A DNA stretch of 63,589 bases, the filler included, from a bacterium (GTDB taxonomy: Bacteria; JAMORN01): the NCBI GenBank assembly GCA_027063545.1. It is 11 parts of 11 records of this genome, joined end to end, with 100 filler letters (N's around TTAATTAATTAA, not from the genome) between each part and the next. Parts side by side here need not be neighbours in the genome. Positions count along the whole stretch, not along the records: positions 37,770 to 43,726 come from JAMORN010000162.1; positions 43,827 to 49,772 come from JAMORN010000163.1; 9 more parts are not named here. One strand, written 5' to 3'. Positions 39,600-48,762 of this stretch are shown here, in pieces. Below the pieces are notes generated by a model, which was not told where the DNA came from, ran no database searches, and saw only the letters and a list, made by a program, of their open reading frames with translations. Each line of letters begins with the position of its first letter. Position 1 is the stretch's first letter. The translations under genes were made by a program, and so were the position numbers.

Positions 39600-40877
39600 A
39601 TGTGTTTAAGAATAGGATTTATAAGCACTAGAATTTCTGGTCTTGATGGTGTAAGTTTAGAAACAAAAAAATGGGTGAAAGTATTGGAAGAATGGGGACA
39701 TAAGATATTCTATTTTGCAGGTGAGTTGGATACACCTGAAGATGTAAGCTATCTTGTTCCTGAAGCACACTTTAAATATCAGGTAAATGAAGAGATTAAT
39801 CAAGAGATTTTTAATATTCAAAAAAGGCCTAAAAAAACCACAAAAAAAATAGAAGAATTAAAGCAACATCTTAAAGAACATCTTGAAAAATTTGTCAAAA
39901 AATTTGATATTCAAATGTTAATTGTCGAAAATGCTCTGGCAATTCCGATGCATATACCTTTAGGGCTTGCTATCACAGAACTTATTGCTGAGACTGGAAT
40001 ACCTACTATTGGGCATCATCATGACTTCTTCTGGGAAAGATCAAGATTTTTAATTAATGCAGTAAATGAGTACATAGAAATGGCTTTCCCTCCTAATTTA
40101 CCTTTTATAAGACATGTGGTTATAAACTCTATTGCCCAGCAGGAGCTTGCCGCGAGAAAAGGGGTATCATCATTTTTAATTCCTAATGTGATAGATTTTT
40201 CTAAGGAACCTCAAGAACCAACACCTGCAGAGAAACAGAGATTCTTAGAATATTTTGGGTTTGAAGAAGATGCTATTATATTCTTACAACCAACAAGGGT
40301 TGTTGCAAGAAAAGGAATAGAGCATGCAATTCAACTTGTAAGGAAGTTAAATAATCCTAAAATAAAACTTGTTATTACTCACTCAAAAGGAGATGAAGGG
40401 CTTGATTATTATAATTGGTTAATAGAGTATGCAAGAAGTGAGAATATTAATATATACTTTGTTGATGATAAATTAAATGTATCTGATAGTGAAAAAGAAA
40501 AAGGATATACCTTATGGGATGTCTATCCTTATGCTGACTTTGTTACCTATCCTTCAAGTTTTGAAGGTTTTGGTAATGCGTTTTTAGAAGCAATTTATTA
40601 TAAAAAACCTTTATTAGTTAATAGATATCCTATTTACATTACTGATATAGAACCTAAAGGATTTAAAACAATAACAATGAATGGATTTTTAACAGAAGAC
40701 AATATTAAGGAGGTAAAAAGGGTTTTAGAAGATAGTCATTATAAAAAACTTATGGTTGATGAAAACTTTAAATTAGGAAAGAAATATTTCTCTTTTGATG
40801 TTTTAAGAAAAAAATTATTATCTATTTTTATTTCATTCTATGGAGTAATTAATGAAAATGATTTTAAAATAGGGTAA
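39600..40877 (+). CDS. GT4 glycosyltransferase, mannosylglucosylglycerate synthase (MggS)-like
   Basis: GLDGVSLE..KW, HHHDFFWER, HVVINS, QPTRVVARKGIE, TYPS.FEGFGNAFLE. Confidence 0.75.
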   Translation: MCLRIGFISTRISGLDGVSLETKKWVKVLEEWGHKIFYFAGELDTPEDVSYLVPEAHFKYQVNEEINQEIFNIQKRPKKTTKKIEELKQHLKEHLEKFVKKFDIQMLIVENALAIPMHIPLGLAITELIAETGIPTIGHHHDFFWERSRFLINAVNEYIEMAFPPNLPFIRHVVINSIAQQELAARKGVSSFLIPNVIDFSKEPQEPTPAEKQRFLEYFGFEEDAIIFLQPTRVVARKGIEHAIQLVRKLNNPKIKLVITHSKGDEGLDYYNWLIEYARSENINIYFVDDKLNVSDSEKEKGYTLWDVYPYADFVTYPSSFEGFGNAFLEAIYYKKPLLVNRYPIYITDIEPKGFKTITMNGFLTEDNIKEVKRVLEDSHYKKLMVDENFKLGKKYFSFDVLRKKLLSIFISFYGVINENDFKIG

Positions 40878-40882
40878 AATAA

Positions 40883-41725
40883 ATGAGGATAAAAGCGCTA
40901 ATATTTGATATATATGGAACAATACTAATACCCTTTGATCCAAAGGCTAAGACAATCTCTGATCCTGGAAAAACTAAAAATATAGATAATGGATTAAAAA
41001 AATTATTAGAAATTCTAAAAGAAGAGTTTAAGATACATTTGAATGATTCTGAACAATACATTAGCTATCTTAAAGAAAAATATTTTAAACTAATAGAGTT
41101 TCTTCAAAACAAATCTAAAGAAAAGAAAAAAGAGATTGTATCTCCAGAGATTATAATTGAAGAGTTATGGAAAATATTATTAAAAGAAGAGTTCAATCTT
41201 AATATTAGTTTAGATAAACTTTCTGAAATTGCTCTTTTGGTTGAAAAAGAGGCAAATCCTACTATTATTGAGAGAGACACATATAAAACTCTAATATGGT
41301 TAAAAAATGATTTAAAAAATAAAGGAGTAAAAATTGGAGTGTTATCAAATGCCCAAAGTTATACTCCTAAAATAATTGAAGAAAATCTTTTTAAATATTC
41401 CTCTAAAAAAATTAATTTTTTTGACATATTTGATAAGGATATTTGTCTTTTCTCATATAAACTACTCTGTTCAAAACCAGATCCTATAGTTTATCATACA
41501 CTAATAGATAAACTTTCTGAATATAATATTCCTCCAGAAAATACTCTTTTTATTGGCAATGATGGAATAAATGATATAAAAATACCTAAAGAATTTGGCT
41601 TTAAAACCTTATTTATAAATAAAGTTCCTGCAAATATTGATGAAGCCAAAAAATATATGGATTTTGAAGGAGAGGATATATCTATTTTACTCTCTCTTTA
41701 TGAGAAAGGTAGCATCACCATATGA
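40883..41725 (+). CDS. HAD-superfamily hydrolase
   Basis: FDIYGT, LSNA, KPD, IGND..ND. Confidence 0.85.
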   Translation: MRIKALIFDIYGTILIPFDPKAKTISDPGKTKNIDNGLKKLLEILKEEFKIHLNDSEQYISYLKEKYFKLIEFLQNKSKEKKKEIVSPEIIIEELWKILLKEEFNLNISLDKLSEIALLVEKEANPTIIERDTYKTLIWLKNDLKNKGVKIGVLSNAQSYTPKIIEENLFKYSSKKINFFDIFDKDICLFSYKLLCSKPDPIVYHTLIDKLSEYNIPPENTLFIGNDGINDIKIPKEFGFKTLFINKVPANIDEAKKYMDFEGEDISILLSLYEKGSITI

Positions 41726-42751
41726 ATAGAATCTATATTTTTTTTCTATAGCATGGCTATAAATCTTATACCAATGAGTTTTTTCTTTTGGTATATCAAT
41801 AGAATCGTCTAAAAAAGCTGCTATAAGCATTAACAAAGTTGATTTAGGAAGATGGAAATTTGTTATAAGGGCATCTATAGATTCTATTTTATAAGGTGGA
41901 TATATATAAAGATTTGTATGACCATGGCCATATGAAAAGGTTTTATTTTCCTTATCATATATCGTTTCTAATGTCCTTACAACTGTTGTCCCTGTTGCTA
42001 TGATTCTTCTATTTTCCATTTTTGCTTTAGTTAATTTTTTAGCAACATCTTTTGATACAAAATACTCCTCATAATGCATTCTATGTTTTGTAACATCAGA
42101 TGTTTTTACTGGTCTAAAAGTTCCAACACCTACATGAAGGGTAATATATAAAATATCTACTCCTTTTTCTCTTAATCTATGAAGAAGGTCTTCTGTAAAA
42201 TGGAGCCCTGCTGTTGGAGCAGCTACAGATCCTTCTTTTTGGGCAAAAACTGTTTGATAAAGTATTTTATCTTCGTCTTTATCCTTTCTTTTAATATAAG
42301 GAGGTAGAGGAACATGGCCTTTTGAATATAGAAGTTCTCTTATATCAAATTCACTATAACATAGCCTTGTTGCACCTATTGGAGAATCTTTTATTATATT
42401 TTTAAAAATAATCTCCTCTCCTGTTTCTAAAATAAACTTTTCTCCAATTTTCATTTTTTTTGTAGGTTTTCCCATTATCTCAAAATGGTGAGAATCAATG
42501 ATCTTTAAAACAACAATCTCTGCATCTTTACCATTAATTTTACCTAAAAGCCTTGCTGGATAAACTTTTGTATTATTCAAAACTAAAATATCACCTTTTT
42601 TGAAATAATCTATAATCTCATAAAAAAATCTATCCTCAATAAGATCTTTCTGATAATGATATACTAAAAGCCTAGAATCTTTTCTCTTTTTTGATGGTTC
42701 TTGAGCTATTAAATCCTCTGGTAGATTATAATCAAATAATGAGATCTCCAT
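41687..42751 (-). CDS. queA: S-adenosylmethionine:tRNA ribosyltransferase-isomerase
   Basis: FDYNLP..LIAQ, PLPPYI, AAPTAGLHF, LHVGVGTF, TNFHLPKSTL, YRFYSYGD. Confidence 0.97.
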   Translation of the reverse strand: MEISLFDYNLPEDLIAQEPSKKRKDSRLLVYHYQKDLIEDRFFYEIIDYFKKGDILVLNNTKVYPARLLGKINGKDAEIVVLKIIDSHHFEIMGKPTKKMKIGEKFILETGEEIIFKNIIKDSPIGATRLCYSEFDIRELLYSKGHVPLPPYIKRKDKDEDKILYQTVFAQKEGSVAAPTAGLHFTEDLLHRLREKGVDILYITLHVGVGTFRPVKTSDVTKHRMHYEEYFVSKDVAKKLTKAKMENRRIIATGTTVVRTLETIYDKENKTFSYGHGHTNLYIYPPYKIESIDALITNFHLPKSTLLMLIAAFLDDSIDIPKEKTHWYKIYSHAIEKKYRFYSYGDATFLIKRE

Positions 42752-42786
42752 AACGCATATGAAAATAGATATATTTTCATTCTATT

Positions 42787-43473
42787 TCAATCTTTTATTA
42801 ATTTTTTTATCGGGCATTCATTACATTTTGGAGTTCTCTTGGAGCAATAATTTTTCCCAATATTTACAAATAGAGCATGATACTCATTATATATTTTCAC
42901 ATCCTCTGGTATACTTAAATAAAATAATTTTGCTATCTCATCATATTCAATTTTATCACTCTCAATCACCCCATGTCTTAAAAGAATCCTTTTTGTATAA
43001 GCATCTACAACAAAAATAGGTTTTTCAAATGCATATAAAATAATAGAATCTGCTGTTTCTTTTCCTACTCCCTTTACTGATAAAAGTTTTTCTCTTAAAC
43101 TCCATTTATCAATACTAACATCAAATTTTCCACCAAACTCTTTTAACATAAATTCAGCAAAATTTTTTAACTTCTGAGCTTTTTGATTATAATAACCAGA
43201 TGGCTTAATAAGTTGCGCAAGATAATCTTTATCTAATTCTAAAATCTTTTTAAAATCTAATAAACCTTCTCTTTTTAAATTTTCAATCGCCTTTTCAACA
43301 TTTTTCCATGTAGTATTTTGAGTTAAAATTGCCCCTATAGAAATCTCTTCTTTTGTCTCACCGGGCCACCAATATTGAGGCCCTAAATAATCGTATAAGT
43401 GTTTATATAATAAAAAAAGATCTTTGGAAGAAAGTTGAGGCTCAACTTTTAAATCCATTTTGCTCATGTCCAA
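42787..43473 (-). CDS. Endonuclease III-related HhH-GPD protein
   Basis: WWPGET, GAILTQNT.W.NV, GVGKETADSI, VVDAYT, HALFV..GK..C...PKC..CP. Confidence 0.88.
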   Translation of the reverse strand: MDMSKMDLKVEPQLSSKDLFLLYKHLYDYLGPQYWWPGETKEEISIGAILTQNTTWKNVEKAIENLKREGLLDFKKILELDKDYLAQLIKPSGYYNQKAQKLKNFAEFMLKEFGGKFDVSIDKWSLREKLLSVKGVGKETADSIILYAFEKPIFVVDAYTKRILLRHGVIESDKIEYDEIAKLFYLSIPEDVKIYNEYHALFVNIGKNYCSKRTPKCNECPIKKLIKD

Positions 43474-43481
43474 CTAAAACC

Positions 43482-43724
43482 CTAATATCCTACCATTATA
43501 CCAAACCTATATGTCCTAAGTTCATTCACACCCGGATAATCTCCCTCTTCCTCCGCATAAGAAGCAAAACTCACCTTTACGCCTACATATCTAACAAAAA
43601 ATCCCCATGTAGGATATCCTTGAGAAATCCCTACCATAAAGCCTATAGGAATCCAAGAGACCTCCATACCTGTATTTATCTTTTTCCCTAACGCATAATC
43701 TCCTGTTAAATAACTTATAGAGAA
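43482..43724 (-). CDS. C-terminal fragment of a TraF-like outer-membrane beta-barrel
   Basis: Frame open to gap: KKINTGMEV...GISQGYPTWG...SYAEEEG.YPG...RTYRFGIMVGY*; ends in an aromatic residue. Confidence 0.6.
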   Translation of the reverse strand, partial: FSISYLTGDYALGKKINTGMEVSWIPIGFMVGISQGYPTWGFFVRYVGVKVSFASYAEEEGDYPGVNELRTYRFGIMVGY

Positions 43725-43726
43725 GG

Positions 43727-43826
43727 NNNNNNNNNNNNNNNNNNNNNNNNNNNNNNNNNNNNNNNNNNNNTTAATTAATTAANNNNNNNNNNNNNNNNNN
43801 NNNNNNNNNNNNNNNNNNNNNNNNNN
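43727..43826. other. Artificial contig spacer
   Basis: Same 100-nt linker. Confidence 0.99.
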
Positions 43827-44869
43827 ATATCCATTATTGCTTCCTTAAGTTTATAAGCCTTATTCTGGGACTTACCTATAGTAGAGTCCCATCTTTTTTC
43901 ATATAATTTCAATTTAGATTCCGATAAATCATTTGCTTTTAAAGCCTCAATTGCCACTTCTGCTGCTATTTTGGCAGCATTCAACCCATATGTAATTCCT
44001 CCGCCACTTATAGGATTCACCTGTCTAGCTGCATCTCCTATAATCATAAAATTATTTTTTACCAACTTAGGAGCTCTTCTTGCTACAGGCACAGCACCTG
44101 TTATAAAATTTAAAACCTTTGCTTGTGGATAAAATTTTTCCATAAAAGAATCTAACAATACCTTTGGAGAATATTTTACAGCTTCTGTTCCTATAATACC
44201 AAGACCAATATTAGCAGTATTTTTAGATTTAGGGAATACCCATACATATCCTCCCGGAGCATACTCTTTATTTACATAAAAAATAGCTGATGGTTCTTTT
44301 ATATCAATATTATAAACAAAATATTGAGCACATATCTCTATATCATTTAAAGGTAAACTTGTATCTATACCATAATCTCTTGCTACTTTACTTTCAACTC
44401 CATCTGCTGCAACTATTAATCTTGCATAAAGTTCCTTTTCTCCAGTCATTGTTATAGCTTTTACCCCTACAACCCTTCCATTATCATCTAAAATTAAATT
44501 CTTTACATAATACTTTAAAAAGAAAACTCCTCCATTATCCATTGCAATAAATCCTAAAGCCTTATCAAAAATCTTTCTATCTAAAATTAAGGCATAATTA
44601 TCGCCTAAATCCAATTTAACTTGATAAAGACTTGGGGAATAAATTGTTGCAGAATTAAGTTCATAACTTACCCATCTATCATCAAAATAACCACCTAAAG
44701 CCATTTTTAATCCACCAATACCAACACCTTCACCACATCTAACGGGAACTCCTATCTCTCTATCTTTTTCTAATACAGCTACCTTAAATCCTGCTTCTGC
44801 TACTTTACTAGCAAAAAAATTCCCAACAGGCCCTGCTCCAACAACTATAACGTCGAATTCTCTATTCAT
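43827..44869 (-). CDS. Geranylgeranyl reductase family flavoprotein, archaeal DGGGPL-reductase-like, 3'-truncated
   Basis: VVGAGPVG, EK..EIGVPVRCGEG, AADGVES, APGGYVWVFPK (PxxYxWxFP), GDAARQVNPISGGG. Confidence 0.85.
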
Positions 44870-44886
44870 ATATATTATCCTTTAAC

Positions 44887-45060
44887 TTATTTTTCTATTT
44901 TTAAAGCCTTTGTCGGACAAATCTTTACACAAATACCGCACTCTGTGCATTTAGATTCTAATACTTCAAAATGATTTTCATATAAATTTATAGCATTAAA
45001 GGGACAAACTGCTACACATGCCCCACAAAAATCACATTTTTTTGTATCACATATTAACAT
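44887..45060 (-). CDS. 2[4Fe-4S] ferredoxin, 57 aa (missing from ORF track)
   Basis: Manual translation MLICDTKKCDFCGACVAVCPFNAINLYENHFEVLESKCTECGICVKICPTKALKIEK*; two CxxCxxCxxxCP motifs; SD-like AGAGGA upstream. Confidence 0.93.
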   Translation of the reverse strand: MLICDTKKCDFCGACVAVCPFNAINLYENHFEVLESKCTECGICVKICPTKALKIEK

Positions 45061-45063
45061 TTT

Positions 45064-46050
45064 TTAATCCTCTTTTAATTTTTTCTTTATAGATTCATAA
45101 ATTTTTTTTAATTTTTCTTTATCTTTTTTTGAAAAAGTATTATTGTTATAAAAGTAAAATAATTTTTTATATAAATCAAAAGCTGCTTGAGTTTTATTTA
45201 ATTTTTCTAACACAATAGCCTTTTCATACATTAAAACAAACCAATTATAAGGATATTTATCTTTTATTTTATCATAAAATTCCAGTAATCTGTTTGTGTA
45301 AAACAAAAATTTATTATGTTTATTCCATTTCTTATAAAGCTTTATAAAATCCCATAAATATAATCTATCTCTATTATTGTTTTCATATCCTTTTTTTATT
45401 ATAGCCTCAGCGATTTTATAATCTCCTTCTTCAATATATATACCTATTAATGTATGAATAGCCATCTCCTTAGAAAAAAGGCTATTATCTATTGCCTTCC
45501 TTAATAAATAAATAGCTTTCTTTTTATTTGTTTTTTCCCTTATACCTAACCACCATAACTTTTCTCCTATTTTCCCTTTACCATAATAATAAAATCCTAA
45601 ATAATAATAAGCATCATAAAGAGTTGAATCTATGTTAATGCTTCTTTTAATATTTTCTATCCCATCAAATGCATATAATATTCCTTTTAACTGATCATTA
45701 TCTATCATATAAGCCCCTTTTACAATTTTAATAGCTCCTAAATAATATTCCTTCCAAGCATCATTCTTATATAATTTAGCTAAGGAATCAGTTATTCTCA
45801 TATAATATAACATATCCTTCTCTTTAAAATTAGAAGCATAATCTAACATAATAGCCCCATATAATAATGTTTTTAAATAGTAGCCTATAGGATCATTAGG
45901 ATATTTTTTTATTAAAATGTTGTATAAACTATCCACTCTATTATAATCTTGATATGTTAAATAATATATAGATTTTTTGATTAAAATGGAATCTTTATCC
46001 CACCATATTGGAGAATCTGCATATATAGAGATACTATAAATATTTACCAC
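45064..46050 (-). CDS. Exported TPR-repeat protein
   Basis: Helical repeats with YPNDPIGYY and LYDAYYYLG; start may lie upstream at ATT 46086. Confidence 0.7.
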   Translation of the reverse strand: MVNIYSISIYADSPIWWDKDSILIKKSIYYLTYQDYNRVDSLYNILIKKYPNDPIGYYLKTLLYGAIMLDYASNFKEKDMLYYMRITDSLAKLYKNDAWKEYYLGAIKIVKGAYMIDNDQLKGILYAFDGIENIKRSINIDSTLYDAYYYLGFYYYGKGKIGEKLWWLGIREKTNKKKAIYLLRKAIDNSLFSKEMAIHTLIGIYIEEGDYKIAEAIIKKGYENNNRDRLYLWDFIKLYKKWNKHNKFLFYTNRLLEFYDKIKDKYPYNWFVLMYEKAIVLEKLNKTQAAFDLYKKLFYFYNNNTFSKKDKEKLKKIYESIKKKLKED

Positions 46051-46061
46051 AAAGAAAGATA

Positions 46062-46832
46062 TTATAATAATCCAAATCTTTTTAATAAAACACTCCCTTT
46101 TGAAAATTGCAAATAGAGTTTTTCATTTAAACTATTAAAAAAATTTATTAATCTATTTTTCTTTAATATTTTATAATATAAAGTATACTTATTGTCAAAA
46201 ATTATTCCTGTATTTGCTATTAATAAATTATTATCTCTAATTCCTAAATTAGAGTTTATTGAGAAAATAAATCTATAATAATTCTTTGCTATATTCAAAG
46301 AAAATTTATCTATTACTCCAAAAGGCGGAGAAAATGATATAACATCTACATTAAATTTTTTTTCTAAAATATATTTTGAATCCTTTAACTCTTTTTCTAA
46401 TTGGGAATACTCTAAATAACTTAATGGTTTATGAGTTAAAGAATGAGAGCCTATAGAATAACCTCTACTTATGAATTCTTTAATTGTTTCATAATCCAAG
46501 GATTTTCTTTTTTTACCTATTACATCCCATAAAAAATATTCTCCTATGTAATTGCCTATAACAAATAGTATACCCTTGAAATCTTTGGGTATACTATTTG
46601 ATGTAATTAAAAAATTTAAACTTTCCTCAGCATCATCAAAAAAAATTATCACGCCTTTAGAGTTTATTTTATTATTTAAAATATCAATATCCGTATAAAA
46701 ATTATACCCACTTTCTTTTATCAGCCATAAAAAATCTATAAACTCATTTCTATCCACCTTATTTCCTAAAAAATAAAGGCCTTTATCTTTAAAACCATGA
46801 AACCCTATAATGGAAATATTCTTAATATCCAT
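46062..46832 (-). CDS. Polysaccharide deacetylase (CE4/NodB-like)
   Basis: IFFDDA, GSHSLTH, FSPPFG. Confidence 0.8.
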   Translation of the reverse strand: MDIKNISIIGFHGFKDKGLYFLGNKVDRNEFIDFLWLIKESGYNFYTDIDILNNKINSKGVIIFFDDAEESLNFLITSNSIPKDFKGILFVIGNYIGEYFLWDVIGKKRKSLDYETIKEFISRGYSIGSHSLTHKPLSYLEYSQLEKELKDSKYILEKKFNVDVISFSPPFGVIDKFSLNIAKNYYRFIFSINSNLGIRDNNLLIANTGIIFDNKYTLYYKILKKNRLINFFNSLNEKLYLQFSKGSVLLKRFGLL

Positions 46833-47783
46833 CTATTTTCCCAGTTTAGGATATATAGTATTATGTCTTAATTTATAATATATTAGTGTTATTATGTAAA
46901 AGAAAAGGTAAGTAATCAATAAATAAGGAAAAAAAATAGATGTTATAAGCATTAATACACCACCCCCAATTTGATAAGTATAATATAAAGAAAACTCTTT
47001 ATATTTAAAGATAAATGGTAGCATATAAGAAAAAATTGATGATATTGATGATAATATAACTATCAAATTTTTAGTCTTAACTCCCAATATAAGAGAGATA
47101 ATCAAAAAAATAATTGATAAAATCAAAGATTTCTTTATACCAATAAAAATAGGAGTTGTAATCTTTCCATTTTTTAGATCTCCCTTAATATCTGGTAATG
47201 TAGAACCTATGCTTCCAGCTCCCATAAGAAAAAAATAAGCAACTATATTCAAAAATATATCCTGCTGGAAAATCATATTAAATTTAAATGTATAAGTAGA
47301 TGAGACATAACCTAAAATAACAGAAACTACCCCATATCCTAGAGCATTGGATAAAAAATCTAGAAATGGTCTTCCTGTAAAATAAAATGGCTTGTTGTTA
47401 TATAGATAGCCTATAATTAAAGCAATAAAATATAAAATTGCATAGTATATAAAATTGTTAGAAAAAGATATTATAGTAAACCCCACAATTATATAAAAAA
47501 ATTCAACAACCTTAGCTAATTTAATATTTTTTATTTCTATAAATCCTGGGCCTCTATTAACTTTATCAACCTCATAATCATTTATTCTATTGGATAAAAA
47601 TATAGATAACATTACAAATGAAAATCCTATTATATTTAATAAAAAATCTTTATTAATATCAAAATAAAAATGTAGAGTTGATAAATCTTTATCCAATAAA
47701 AATCCTAAAACCATAAATAAATATACTGTTGGTAAAAGTATCGGACGAGATAAAAAAAATATATCAATTAACTTAATTATCAA
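46833..47783 (-). CDS. UbiA-family membrane prenyltransferase
   Basis: FFLSRP, NRINDYEVDKVN, LPDIKGDLKNG, multiple TM helices. Confidence 0.88.
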   Translation of the reverse strand: MIIKLIDIFFLSRPILLPTVYLFMVLGFLLDKDLSTLHFYFDINKDFLLNIIGFSFVMLSIFLSNRINDYEVDKVNRGPGFIEIKNIKLAKVVEFFYIIVGFTIISFSNNFIYYAILYFIALIIGYLYNNKPFYFTGRPFLDFLSNALGYGVVSVILGYVSSTYTFKFNMIFQQDIFLNIVAYFFLMGAGSIGSTLPDIKGDLKNGKITTPIFIGIKKSLILSIIFLIISLILGVKTKNLIVILSSISSIFSYMLPFIFKYKEFSLYYTYQIGGGVLMLITSIFFPYLLITYLFFYIITLIYYKLRHNTIYPKLGK

Positions 47784-47787
47784 TAAT

Positions 47788-48762
47788 TTATTCTCCTGTT
47801 AATGAAGGATAATTTTTATTAAATCTATATTTATAATAGATTTTTGAAATTAAATATGTAAAAAGTACCACAATCAAATACCATTTATAATAAAAAAATA
47901 AAGAAATTGTTACAAAAGCTACTGAAGTCTTAAATGCTATAAAAATAATCTTTTTATTATCATCTCTTAGAAGGTATAAATATACTAAAAGACTACCCAA
48001 TACACCTATAATAAAAGGACAACTTTTTTCTATTATATCACTTCTCATCAAAAATATACTCAAAAAAGCTAATAACATAAATAAAATAGAGACTTTTATT
48101 GTAATATCTTTCCCATATTTTACTACAAACGTAATTTTTCCCGCCTTTCTATCTCCTTGCTCATCAACTATGGTTGTTAATAAAAATATAGCAGCATTAC
48201 CAAAGGTCATAGGCAAAGAATATATAAAAGCTTCTTTAGAAATATGAGTAATAGATATCCAACCTGCAAGAAATGTTACAAGTCCATGTCCCAAACTATC
48301 TGCTAAAAGACCTAATATAGGCTTATTTTTCCATAAAAAAGGTGGAAGATTATAAGTTACTCCAAAAAAAGATGCCATAAAAAATACTAAAACAATATCC
48401 CATCTACTATAAAATATTCCCATATATAAAGCATATAAATTTGATATAGAAAACAAAAGAATAGATAATATTATTGCATGGGATTTAGGTACAACATTTT
48501 CCGATATTAAAAATAATTTTTTATTTAATTTGTCTGTTTCTATATCATTCAGCTGATTAAAGATATAATAACTAGATACAGCTAGAGAAAAAAATATAAT
48601 ATTAAAAAAAAATTCTTTATTAAAAAATGGAGATATATTATTACCTGAAAATAAAGCTCCATAATAATAACCAAATAAAAAAACCGTCCAAACAGGTACT
48701 AACAAAAATAGCCTCATTAAAAAAAGATAATCTATAAATAATCTAAAATAATTTTTCATCAT
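47788..48762 (-). CDS. UbiA-family membrane prenyltransferase (second paralog)
   Basis: NQLNDIETDKLN, YNLPPF.WK, IVDEQGDRKAG, multiple TM helices. Confidence 0.88.
   Translation of the reverse strand: MMKNYFRLFIDYLFLMRLFLLVPVWTVFLFGYYYGALFSGNNISPFFNKEFFFNIIFFSLAVSSYYIFNQLNDIETDKLNKKLFLISENVVPKSHAIILSILLFSISNLYALYMGIFYSRWDIVLVFFMASFFGVTYNLPPFLWKNKPILGLLADSLGHGLVTFLAGWISITHISKEAFIYSLPMTFGNAAIFLLTTIVDEQGDRKAGKITFVVKYGKDITIKVSILFMLLAFLSIFLMRSDIIEKSCPFIIGVLGSLLVYLYLLRDDNKKIIFIAFKTSVAFVTISLFFYYKWYLIVVLFTYLISKIYYKYRFNKNYPSLTGE

Noticed and set aside
41687-41725. 39-nt convergent overlap of the HAD gene and queA (also hisE/phosphoesterase at 30072-30092)
   Set aside because: Tail-to-tail overlaps are ordinary in compact genomes; no further signal
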